Origin: Octopus sinensis
Lineage: Eukaryota
Length of the DNA stretch: 64,000 nucleotides
Direction of reading: 5' to 3'
Assembly (NCBI RefSeq): GCF_006345805.1
Contig: NC_043000.1
Location: 43,772,001 to 43,836,000, forward strand
Shown piece by piece: positions 12,796 to 23,874 of the stretch. How positions within the stretch are numbered: the stretch's first letter is position 1; every line of letters starts with the position of its first letter. The position numbers were made by a program, and so were the translations under genes. Below the pieces are notes generated by a model. The model was not told the DNA's origin, made no database searches, and saw nothing but the letters and a program-made list of their open reading frames with translations.

Positions 12796-13186
12796 TGTAA
12801 AGAGTAATGACATGTGTGAGACTTTGTAATACAGAGTCCTATAACACTTAATGCTATCTTATTAGCTTTCATTTTACACAGATTTTTACACGACTACATT
12901 TTAGAAGTTCTATAACTGACGTGTTTAAGGTTCCTAAATATTTGATGCAGTCATTAAATATTAAAAAATGTAATGTTTCTATTTATCAATGGGGCGCGGG
13001 AGGGGTTAAGGAATTTATATAAATATAAAGCATTAAATGCCCTTCATTAAGAGGTTATTCCGAGATTACTTTGAACTTGCCGTCAAATTATTTTACCCAT
13101 CTATACGCGCATTTTCAATTTGTGTAAGATGTTGTAACTAGACATTAATTATAAGTAGATTTTAATAATGTTAATAATTTCTTCAT

Positions 13187-13226
<40 letters not shown>

Positions 13227-13409
13227 GGAGATGTACTTGCGTAACAAGTGACCTGATGTGAGATCGTGTGCTGAAACGAAAACAATTGCAGCGTGGAAGG
13301 TGTTTATAAGCCATTTTAGAAACACATAAACCGTTAGATTCACTTGAACATTTAAATTTAATTTGTCAAAATAATTTCGTCGCTTTGAGACCGCGACCTG
13401 TTCACTGAC

Positions 13410-13640
13410 ATATTCTGTGCTGCATCTGTGATGCTTCCCAGTTAGGAATTTTCCTGCACTAATCTCTAATAATCTCTTTGGTTATTCTGAAATCCTCCTG
13501 CTGATACTCTCCACTCACCACTTTGAGTGCCTTTAACCATTCTGCTTCAGATTCGTGTTGCTTCTTGTGAGACCATATGTTTGACCAGAATATTTTGCTT
13601 TCTTCTGCATGTGAACGGTGTCAAATGTGTCATGATGCAT
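13410..13640 (-). mobile_element. R4/Dong-like non-LTR retrotransposon fragment (pre-RT region)
   Basis: Minus frame AEESKIFWSNIWSHKKQHESEAEWLKAL...QEDFRITKEII..KIPNW. Same region as part of the 45.3-47.1 kb copy. Confidence 0.75.
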
Positions 13641-13896
13641 TACATCAATTTGAGTTAAAGAAACAGAATAATAAATGAGTTATATCCTAGTATCATCAGG
13701 TACCAGGCACATTATCCTTAAATCAAAATCATCATTGTCTCCATTCAAACTTCATTGCAAAATCCATAACTAGACTCAAATTACATACATGCACCCATCT
13801 CAAATAGATGTAGTTTCTGTCATTTTTAATTTTTGATGTTAATCCTTTTCTTCAAATTCGCATACGTCGAAACAGACAATAATGCGCATCACCATT

Positions 13897-14064
<168 letters not shown>

Positions 14065-15359
14065 GTTTTAATTGTGTAGCTCGTTCGTTTGAAATGACGT
14101 GTTTTTGTTGCACAGAGAATTGTTATAAATGTCTCAATATTGTAATCGACATATTTAATTATAAGTGATGGGAACGAGGACAGCATCGCGTAAGCAATTT
14201 GTTGACGTTCTTTTCTGAGTCTAGTCTACATTGGTAAAAGAAATACTAAATACCCACAAGACATTCAATATTTTTAACTAATAAAATGATATCCAGTAAA
14301 AGAACGTTAGATTCTCCACGAACGTAATTGAAATGTCTTTCAAACTCTTCATCGTAAGTATTCAGTTTTTAAGAGAAAATACTTCCATAATTGTTGGCGG
14401 AGTTGCTCTTTTCCTTTGCCACTCTTCCAATTATGTCTTATGTAAAAACTATTCTTATTTTCTTCATTTCTTTCGCTTCCTTCCATTTCTTCCTTTAGCT
14501 TTATATCATTTTTACATACTCTCTTAATTTCTATTATTTTTTGCTTTGTATGTGCTACTTTACGTATTAGTATTTATGGATTCGCGTTCATTTTGTGAGC
14601 CAATAAAAACGTAGATCCGTGTCTAAAATCGTTTATGATAGACAATTTAATTAAAATAAACTGGAGCTGCAACTTCAGGTATTTCTTTTGTCAAAGGCAA
14701 ATACTGATTCATAAACTTTTACGTTATACTGATTTCCTTCATATTGTAATATTATGTATCGCACTTTTAGAAACACTACGTTATCTATAAGAAGATAAAC
14801 CTGAGCATGGTCATAAAAAGTGGTAATGGTAGCTACAAAACCTACATCCAACAAAACCCTGTATTTGTCAGAAAGATGTTAATCTATGATTTCGATCATG
14901 ATACACTATTTGCAGACAAAATCTAAGGAAATGGCATCCCTTATTCGTTCGTTCTATCTTTGTCCGAAAGACAAAAACATCGAACAACTTTTCGTATGTA
15001 TTGTTGGTAATCATTCGCAGTACAATGACATTTACTTCAGTTATGCTACATTCATTAAAAAATCATTGTTGTTGATTTCTATAATTGCCAGATAAAATCA
15101 ATGCGTTCATTGCAGGGATGCAAGTAAACACCCTCGATTCAAAGCCAACATCCTCACAAAAATTTGTAGTGTATCATTTGTTGCCGAGCCTGCTTATTCG
15201 TAGAAAATCAAGGCTCCTTCACAGTTGAAATAATCTCACGATAAAGGTTGTCAAAAACGCTGAATATATATTGCAACATTGTACTCTATGATAATAATGG
15301 TTATAGAAATATGAGTCACTTCGTCTATCTCCCTCCCTCTCTCTCTTTAACTCTCTCTC

Positions 15360-15417
15360 AGTCCATCTATCTATCTATGTATTTATCTAACCGCCTATCT
15401 ATTTATCTATCTATATA

Positions 15418-15492
<75 letters not shown>

Positions 15493-15585
15493 GTATCTGT
15501 CTCTCTATTATGCATGTATGTATGTATCTATCTATCTATCTCTTTATCTATCAATCTATCTATCTATCTATCTCTATATCTATCA
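15360..15585. repeat. (TCTA)n tetranucleotide microsatellite
   Basis: Seen directly. Confidence 0.97.
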
Positions 15586-15589
15586 GAGT

Positions 15590-16000
15590 GAGTATAAAGT
15601 AAGCAACGTGTCGCACCATGAAGAAATTTTACCGCATTTTTGCAGTTTGTAATCTTTTTAAACATGATTTTGCAATTTTCTGATGATACAGATCTAGACT
15701 TGCAGAAACGCATCAATAAATTAACGTTGGTATCTTTTTCACCGCTTTTAAAATCATATGAAATGGAACTGTCGCAGAGCAATATTCGAAAAATTTTGCG
15801 ATTCATCAAGAAAGGACGTAAGATAGCTGAAACTGCTTGCAATATAATCGAAACATTTTGTGAGGAAACGACCAATGAGTGGTCAGCTAGAAAATGGTTT
15901 AAACGATTTCGCATTAAAGACATGAGCCCTGAAGATCATGAGCGTAGTGGACCTCCATCTATCATCCATGACGACCAAATAGAGACCGTCATTTGCAAAT
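15590..16000 (+). mobile_element. Mariner transposase 5' fragment (N-terminal HTH)
   Basis: MELSQSNIRKILRFIKKGRKIAETACNII..TTNEWSARKWFKRFRIKDMSPEDHERSGPPS..DDQIETVI matches the Hsmar1/SETMAR-type DNA-binding domain. Truncated before the DDD domain. Confidence 0.9.
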
Positions 16001-17044
16001 TTCCAATCTTCAAAAACTTATTATTTTGTTATATTTTTTGGATACATAATTGTATATATATATAGACTTATACACACACACATATATATATATATAGACA
16101 TATACACATATATATGAGTTGTTCTATAAAGTAATCTAACAATGAAAGTATATCAAAGAAATTAGAATATTTTCCCATTATTACAGTACACACACACATA
16201 TATATAACATAACTCTTACATTAAAAAAAATGTTTTCTTTGAATATGTCTATCTGTATGATTACTTATTGATTAAAATCATCCTGAATTTATGTTCATTA
16301 GTTGATAAAAGAAAAAATTATAATATAGCTCATAATTATGTAAAGAATGCTGTGGAATCAATGGATAAGTTTCAATTTATAAATAATGATACTTTTTTCT
16401 CCTGTATAGCTTCTATATGACCTCCGCGAAATCATCATAGTCTAAAGTGCACTTACATTTCAAATTATTCGCGTCTACAAAAACAAATCATTCTGATACT
16501 CTATTTCTAGTTAATTATTTGTTGAATGTCGAAACCTCTTCCATAAATATGTTTACGATGCTCAGCTAATTATATGTAGTCATATCAAAGTACATAGTGA
16601 AGGCAACGTTAACTTTGTTTGGACGAAAATAATGCATACATATATTCAAGTGGAGCAGCACTACTACTTCAGTTCTTGCTGTACACACGCATACACACAC
16701 ACATACATGTATATATGACTCCTTCACCTGCACCTCCAGCAATATCATCTATTGCATCTCCTGCTCTCTCTACCATTCCCTGTACATCGGACAAAGGGGA
16801 CGCCACTTGGCTGACCGGTTCGCAGAACACCTCCGAGACATCCGCCTCGGCAATGACACCCTGGTCTCACGCCATTTCCGCTCCTCCGGTCACTCCTTGC
16901 AACACCTGTCTGTGTTCGGATTGTCCTTGCACAGAGGCCATCCGCACTCCCGTTTGTGCCGTGAACAGGGATTAATCTTCTCTCTTCGCTCTTTTACGCC
17001 ATTTGGGTTCAACTCTCCTCCCCTCTTCATCTAACCTCCTCCCC

Positions 17045-17465
17045 GACTCCTACTTCTCTTCATTCTTACATCTCTTCACCCCTACTCTGTTTGCCTCTTC
17101 TCTCTTATTCTCTTTCTCTCTTCTCACTTTCTCTCTGCTCCCTCACTCTCCTTCTCTCCAATCTCTCCCCCTCCCTCCTACTTCCTCCCACCCAACTCTC
17201 CTCTCTTGCCCCGATTCCTAATTCTCTTCACTCCTACTTCTCTTCACCCCCTACTATCATTATCTCCTCTCTCTTACTATCTTTCTCTCTTCTCTCTTTC
17301 TCTCTGCTCCCTCACTCTCCTTCTCTCCAATCTCTCCCCCTCCCTCCTACTTCCTCCCACCCAACTCTCCTCTCTTGCCCCGATTCCTAATTCTCTTCAC
17401 TCCTACTTCTCTTCACCCCCTACTATCATTATCTCCTCTCTCTTACTCTCTTTCTCTCTTCTCTC
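17045..17465. repeat. Pyrimidine-rich tandem repeat, ~169-bp unit, ~2.3 copies
   Basis: CTGCTCCCTCACTCTCC recurs at 17135 and 17304. CCGATTCCTAATTCTCTTCACTCC recurs with the same period. Confidence 0.9.
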
Positions 17466-17742
17466 TTACTCTCTAAATCTTTCACCCTCTCTTTCTCTCT
17501 TCCCATACATACACATACATGCACCTACACATACATACACGCACAGTCCAGACCACTAGCCCTCTTTCACACGCACATACATACTCTCTTATACACACAC
17601 GCACCGTCGTGTTGGAGGTCATCTTTACTTTGTTATCTCCCCTACTTTCCCTCTCGTGTGTGATCCTTCTGTCCGACTCAGTCCCCATGATAGATCGCTA
17701 GCGACTACACACATTTTTGTCTCTCCTTGTTTTTTCTGTGTC

Positions 17743-17778
17743 CCTTTCTGTAGAAGAGCGTAGGCTCGAAACGTAAAA
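17743..17778 (+). ncRNA. Minimal type I hammerhead ribozyme-like motif (A6 substituted)
   Basis: cUUU-CUGUAGA-A-GAGC(GUAG)GCUC-GAAA-C-GUA-AAA. It has a 4-bp stem II, a palindromic ACGU stem III, a GUA triplet and a 3-bp stem I, and lies in the 3' terminus of the Penelope element. Confidence 0.6.
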
Positions 17779-17885
17779 TATTTTTTCTATTCCTGAGCGT
17801 TATACTAATACATATGTTTGTTTTGTACAACAGTACACCACTTGTCTTCGTCTTTTTTCGTAAACTCTCCCTATATATATATACG

Positions 17886-18960
17886 TATGCAAGAGGGTTC
17901 CGAAAAGAAACCGAAATATTGCAATATTATTTTATTCACTTACATTTCAATGTTTAGATTTTCTCACCTTCAAACTACTCTCCCTTTCAAGCATTTTCAA
18001 GCGTTTTCCACTGTTCGGAACGATACTCGCCGGAATTAAAAAAAGTCAGAGAGAGCAAGATCGGATGAATGGGGAGGGTGCGTAGGCGGGGGTCATCCCA
18101 TTTTGGTCGAAAACTGTCTCACGTTCGAGGTGGTGCGCGCAGGCGCATTGTCACTCTCCACTTTGGCAAAAGTCATGCTGTTTTCGTCCCACCGTGTCTC
18201 GTAAACGCTTCAGAACTTCCAAGTAAAATATCTGGTTAATAGTTAAACCAGGAAAAACAAAGTCTGTGTGGACAATACCTTCCGCATCAATAAAGCAAAT
18301 GAGCATCGTCTTGACATCGGACTTCACTTGAATCACCTTTTTGAGGCGTGGTGACATTGAATGCCTCCGCTGACTTGATTGCTGCTACCTTTCCGGGTTG
18401 TAGCCGTAGCAGTAACTTTCGTTCCCGGTGATGACGTTCGAAAAAAGGTCCGGATAAACTTCTAGCCGCTCTTCTTTCAGTTCACGACACGTGACTGCAT
18501 TTGATATTCCCTAAGCAAGGAAATTTAGTTGCAATCCTTTTATTCGCGAATCCTCTCTAAAAAAATTCATTGCCAAGAGCTTCGGGACACACCAGTCATA
18601 TCAACAAGTTCGTCAACTGTTCGACGACTGTCCTCTAATATCAGTTCACTAATTTTCATGATGGTTGCATTCTTCAAGAGGTCGACATTCAGGCTGAACG
18701 AGGTTGGTTTTCAAGCAACAAGGGACCATTCCTAAAGCGTGAAAACCAATCGCAAAAATTGTGTTTTGCTCATGGCAAGGTCTTTGTGAGCTGTTTGAAG
18801 GAACCTGAGATCTGTTTCGGCCGCCGTTTTCCCCAGCAGAAAGCAGAATTTCACGGAAGCCCGCTGTACCTTCGTTTGAGCCACGGCAAAAATCGACAAA
18901 CGGGATAATCTGTGCAAAACAAAGATGCATCATGTGACAATACACCAACACTATAGATAG
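17886..18960 (-). mobile_element. Mariner (DD34D) element, degraded
   Basis: Minus-strand peptides QRASVKFCFLLGKTAAET..AMSKTQ, VITGNESYCYGYNPE..QSSQ..SPRLKKVIQVKSDVKTMLICFIDAEGIVH..INQIFYLEVLKRLRDTV and HHDNAPAH-like DNAPAH are hallmark mariner motifs, with frameshifts. Confidence 0.92.
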
Positions 18961-19059
18961 ATAGATTGATTGGTAGATGGGTAGTTAGATATATATCGGT
19001 ATGTATATATAGTACTCATAGTCATTTTAGTGACGTGTTTACATGTGCTGATATATATA

Positions 19060-19546
19060 CAGAATTTCACGGAAGCCCGCTGTTCCTTCGTTTGAGCCAT
19101 GGAAAAAATCAAAAAGAGGAGAATCTGTGCAAAACAAAGATGCAGTACAACAACACTATAGATAGATAGGTAGATAGATAGATTGATAGATGGGTAGTTA
19201 GATATATATCGATATGTATAAATGGGCGGCTGGATGTTTATCCGGACCTTTCTTCGAACTTTATCACCGGGGACGAAAGCTACTGCTACGGCTACAACCC
19301 GGAAAGGTAGCAGCAATCAAGTCAGCGGAGGCATTCAATGTCACCACTCCTCAAAAAGGTGCTTCAAGTGACGTCCGATGTCAAGACGATGCTCATTTGC
19401 TTTATTGATGCGAAAGGTATTGTCCACACACACACTTTATTCTTCCTGGTCTAACTATTAACCAGACATTTTCCTTGGAGGTTCTAAAGCGTTTACGAGA
19501 CGCGGTCGGATGAAAACAGCATGCCTTGTGGCAAAGTGGAGAGTGG
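19060..19546. repeat. Duplication-inversion derived from the adjacent mariner
   Basis: 19060-19220 is a direct copy of 18844-19007. 19224-19546 is an inverted copy of 18152-18471 (e.g. GTCAAGACGATGCTCATTTGCTTTATTGATGCG vs CGCATCAATAAAGCAAATGAGCATCGTCTTGAC). Confidence 0.92.
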
Positions 19547-19694
19547 TTGTTTCCTTATGAAAAGAATTATATAATATATATATATTACTAGGTTAATATA
19601 TATATATATGTATAAGGATGAAAGGGAACACACGAGTTGTTATATATGAAAAAATAAGTCAAAATAGAAAATGCTAAAATAATTTTTAAAGAAC

Positions 19695-19740
19695 ATTTCA
19701 GTACCGGTTTCAGTCATTTTGAGACCTTTTCAACTGTAAC
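19695..19740 (-). ncRNA. Minimal type I hammerhead ribozyme with U3-A8 variant core
   Basis: Minus strand: uuaCAG-UUGAAAA-GGUC(UCAAAAU)GACU-GAAA-CCG-GUA^CUGaaa. Stems I and II pair, stem III is the palindromic ACCGGU, and cleavage is predicted between 19702 and 19701. It lies at the 3' end of the Penelope element. Confidence 0.75.
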
Positions 19741-20069
19741 GATTAAATAATCAAATTTAGAAAAATTAATAGAAATGTTTTTTTAAAGGAATATTTGTAT
19801 AGTGTTCAAATACAAGTGGCATTTTCCTTGTTTTTGCTTTGCTCAGTCTCTCACGTTCACACTTGTGGGTTCGAGGTCGTTGTGAATTCTTGGTAGGGAA
19901 GAAGAAGAAGGATGATGAGGAGTAGGAGGGGGGAATTTTTGGGAGTGCGTTGATTGTTGTATTTTGAATGGTCAGTGGCAGCTAGCAGTTCATGAGAATA
20001 TTTCTATTGAAAGGTTTGTTTATAGAATTTGCGTAGGTGTTATACTAAAAAGCATTAGTGATAAAGTTA

Positions 20070-20350
20070 GGAAGTAGAAGGGGGAGAAGAAGAGGAAGGA
20101 GAAGAAGAAGATGAAGTAGAAGAAGATAAAGAAGAAAAAGAAGATGATGAAGAAGAAGATAAAGAAGAAGAAAAGAAGAAGAAGAGGAAGTAGATGATGA
20201 TGATGATGATTAAGACGGGGAAGAAAAAGAAGAAGAAGAAGAAGAAGAAGAAGAAGAAGAAGAAGAAGAAGAAGAAGAAGAAGAAGAAGAGGAAGTAGAT
20301 GATGATGATGATGATTAAGACGGGGAAGAAAAAGAAGAAGAAAGAGGAGG
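20070..20350. repeat. (GAA)n-rich tract with a duplicated ~60-bp GAGGAAGTAGATGATG..ATTAAGACGGGG unit, inside the Penelope 3' UTR
   Basis: Seen directly. Confidence 0.9.
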
Positions 20351-22580
20351 GAGAATATGAATGTGTGGAAGTAGTGCGGTGTTGTATGACTTAAAGTTGG
20401 CACGTTTTGGGTTATACCTGCGATTGGGGCTGATTTGTAATGGATTCTTAGGAATGTAATATTTGCGTGTGGATTTGTGTTATTCTAAAGCCGAGATGTA
20501 TATTTCGTTTGGCGTAGACCCGTTCAGAAGGGGCTTATATTTTGTAATAAAGAGAGTTTGTTTACTTATTCGTTGGTTCGTGGTTGTATCGTCCCTGAAT
20601 TGGTAGAGGGGGAAAATCCTGAAGTGTGGTGTTTTGTTGTTGGCGCAAGTATCTATGTGTTGGCTGAATGTTATTTTTCTGTTTTGGGGAATTTTTATCT
20701 GGGATCTGTGCAGGGCCATTCTTTTACGCAAACTATTTTTTGTTTGGCCTATGTACTGCTCTTGACACCCACAGCAGGTTAGTGTGTATATCAGGTTCTC
20801 CGAAGCACATGTGAAGTTGCTTTTCACTGTAAACCGTTGTCCCTGTTTGAAGGAGAACTCTGATCCCTCAATTAGATAATCGCATATCCCGCAATTGGGT
20901 CTTCCACATTTTTTTACTGTCGGCTTCTGTGTTGAAGAATGTATTCGGGCTGGTGTTAGGAGACTTTTCATAGATTTAGGCTGTCTCTTGCTTTTTATGA
21001 TCGTGTGTGTTTGGAGGATTGTGTTCATTATGTGGTCTTTTTTTAGCAGGGGTATGTTTTGGAGGATGGTATCGAAGGCTTCATTGTTGAGAGGGTTGTG
21101 TGTGGAGATGTATGGTAAGGGTTTTGGTCGTAAATGTTTCTTTGATTTGGGATGTCTGAGTTCCTGGATGTTGAGTTGGAGGGCACATTGAATGCATATG
21201 TCAATAAGTGAAGGTGGGTAGTTCCTGGTAATGAGGGTATCTTTTAGTTCTTGTAGTCGTGTGTCACTGGTGTTTGCATTGGAGACTATAGTACATATCC
21301 TTTTTGCTAGATTGAAGGGGATATTCATTCTGGTGTGTCTGGGGTGGCATGAATTGAATGGAAGATATTGCTTAGAATCTGTAGGCTTGTAGTATATATC
21401 TGTTTCTATTACATTATTAGATTTCTTAATAAGGATATCGAGGAAAGGTAGTTGTTGCTGGCTATATTCCATCGTGAATTGGATGTTTACGTCCAGTCCA
21501 TTTAAAATTGCTTGGAATTATTTGAGTTTCTCTATATATTCATGCCAAAGAATGAAACAGTCATCTAGGTATATCTTCCGGTTGTTTTCTATGTAGAGGG
21601 AGAAAGGGCTGCCATAGCTTTCTAGAACCTTACAGACTGATTTCTAGATATTCCATGACTAGGTTGGCAAAGGAGGGGGCCATTCGTGAACCCATCGCAG
21701 TCCCCGATTTTTGTCGGTAGAAGTTGTCTTTGAAGGCGAAGAAGTTATTTTCCAGGATGGATTTAACCCATTCTATCACGAATTCTTTTTTGATGCGATG
21801 TGGGAGTTCGTTGGCGTGATTCTCAAGCCAGAATTGAATTGCCTCTATTCCTAGGTTGTGGGGGATATTGGAGTAGAGGTTGACTACATCGAAGGATACT
21901 AGTAGGGTGTTTTTGTTTATAGTATTAGGTAGGTGATTGAGCATATCCAAGTCGTCCTTTATATAGCTTTTGACATGTTTAACAGGTTGCCTAAAAAGTT
22001 ACTGAGGCGGTGGGTTTCGCATGCGGGACCTGCTATTATGGGTCTCAATTTGAGTTCATTAGGATTAGGGACTTTAATTATTTTGACTGTGGCTATCTTG
22101 CATGCGTTACTTATTTTCTCACTTTTGTGTATTTTAGGAATACCGTAGAATTGGCTGGTTTTACTTGTGAAATTGGTCATATAGTCATATTCTTTGTCGG
22201 TGAGCCCTTCTTTGTAGGGGTTTAACATGGATTTTAGTTCCCTCATTTTTTTTTGTTGACTGTAGTTTTGTGCCTTTTCATAATATGTTTGGTCTTCCAA
22301 CATAGATAGTATTAAAGTTATGTAAAATGTCGTGTCCATTAAGACAACTGCACTGCTTTTATGATTGTTATTGTTTTGTCTTGTTTTAATTTGTTCAACT
22401 CAGCCCATTCCTTTTTGCTAAAGTTTGGTTTGTGTTTATGTTTGTGCATATGTTGATATGGGTAATTCGATATGTGGTCACAGAAATGATCGAGTGTTAT
22501 ATTCTTACCTTTTGAGGGGGTGTAGTTACTCCTATTTCTAACCAACGATTCGTCCTCGTTGTATTTGTGTAGCTCCTCAG

Positions 22581-22704
22581 TAACTTTAATACTATCTATG
22601 TTGGAAGACACAACATATTATGAAAAGGCACAAAACTACAGTCAACAAAAATAATGAGGGAACTAAAATCCATGTTAAAACCCTACAAAGAAGGACTCAA
22701 CGAC
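22581..22704 (+). repeat. Inverted copy of Penelope segment 22196-22320
   Basis: TAACTTTAATACTATCTATGTTGGAAGAC..CCCTACAAAGAAGGACTCAACGAC is the reverse complement of GTCGGTGAGCCCTTCTTTGTAGGG..GTCTTCCAACATAGATAGTATTAAAGTTA. It is followed by (ATATACGTTC)x3. Confidence 0.93.
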
Positions 22705-23758
22705 ATATACGTTCATATACGTTCATATACGTTCGATGAGCAATAGAAGCCATTTATATTCTTCTAAATGCAAATACGTTCATACCTTCCTTGAATTGGT
22801 ACTTGATCCATATATCTCAACGAGTGAAGTTTCCATAAAAGAAACATGTTCTCTACCATATGCAAAAACAACTCTTCATTTTTAGGCTGATTTCCATTTA
22901 TTTACACATTTTATTAAAAATTCTAGTTGCGGGTGGAGTAATCTTTTTGTCTAATTCAAATACATTGCTAAATTCTCGTTAGAAGTCCATCTGTATAAAC
23001 CCATGTAATTTCTACGCAACTAGTTCTCTACATTTCTTATTTGTCTTCCTCTAAAGTGTACGACACATTCTACTCTTTTTCCGCTACACATGAATCACGT
23101 TCTGCAAGAACAGTTAGGCAGATGTTCATCATATATATACATTACAATCAATGCAGCAGAAAAGAAAAAACACGTCCTGGTTTAATGAACATAATTGAAA
23201 ATCGAACTAGCTTCTTTTGATTATAACTCAGCCATATCAAATTAAGCCAGACATATCACCCTAAGATATTATCGTAAATATAATTTCAAATTTTTGGTCA
23301 AATATTCTTTCATTCCAATATTGACTGCTCTGTTTTTATTTCGAGAACATCCATAAAATGTGTATTAACTGAAAAAAGAAGAAAATACTACGAAATGAAT
23401 ATCCACTAGATGCAAAACAAATCATGCTTAAACGATGCAAACCACGATTTTACTCAAAATAATAACATAGATCCAAGTATTTCAGAAATATCACCCCTAG
23501 TTTCACGTATATTATAGCAGTAGCAGTGAAACAGCGTGAAGGCAACTTTTGCAAGAGATAAACGATGATTTAAAATAACATAAAATAATACAGCTGATAT
23601 GTATGCATATATGTATGTATGTATGTATGGATGGATGTATGCATGCATGCATTAGCCATCGACGCAAATGCCGTTTCAGTCTTAAAATATCATTGGCATT
23701 TTGAATTTTCGTATCATTCACAAAATACACATACACACACACAGTTGCACTCACACAC

Positions 23759-23874
<116 letters not shown>

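Larger units (their letters stand above)
16712..17870 (+). mobile_element. 5'-truncated Penelope-like element: GIY-YIG endonuclease end, CT-rich 3' region, terminal hammerhead-like motif
   Basis: DSFTCTSSNIIYCISC..SLYIGQRGRHLADRFAEHLRDIR..VSRHFRSSGH..REQGLIFSL..PFGFN* (16712-17034) is the typical PLE GIY-YIG domain. Confidence 0.9.
19690..22704 (-). mobile_element. Penelope-like retroelement (RT + GIY-YIG), 5'-truncated with foldback, few frameshifts
   Basis: ORF 20480-21472 has LPFLDILI..TDIYYKPTDSKQYLPFNSCHP and FTCASENLIYTLTCCGCQEQYIGQT (GIY-YIG). ORF 21630-21950 has LVSFDVVNLYSNIP..YRQKSGTAMGSRMAPSFANL (RT). 21959-22339 has FYGIPKIHK..LKLRPIIAG. Confidence 0.97.

Noticed and set aside
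17045-17465. Regular repeats as a CRISPR-like array
   Set aside because: These are contiguous tandem units without unique spacers, inside a eukaryotic retroelement 3' region. No cas genes are present anywhere in the window.
22750-23150. Stop-interrupted minus frame (..RNYMGLYRW..AYGREHVSFMETSL..) possibly from a pogo/Tigger transposase
   Set aside because: The resemblance is too weak to call without an alignment.
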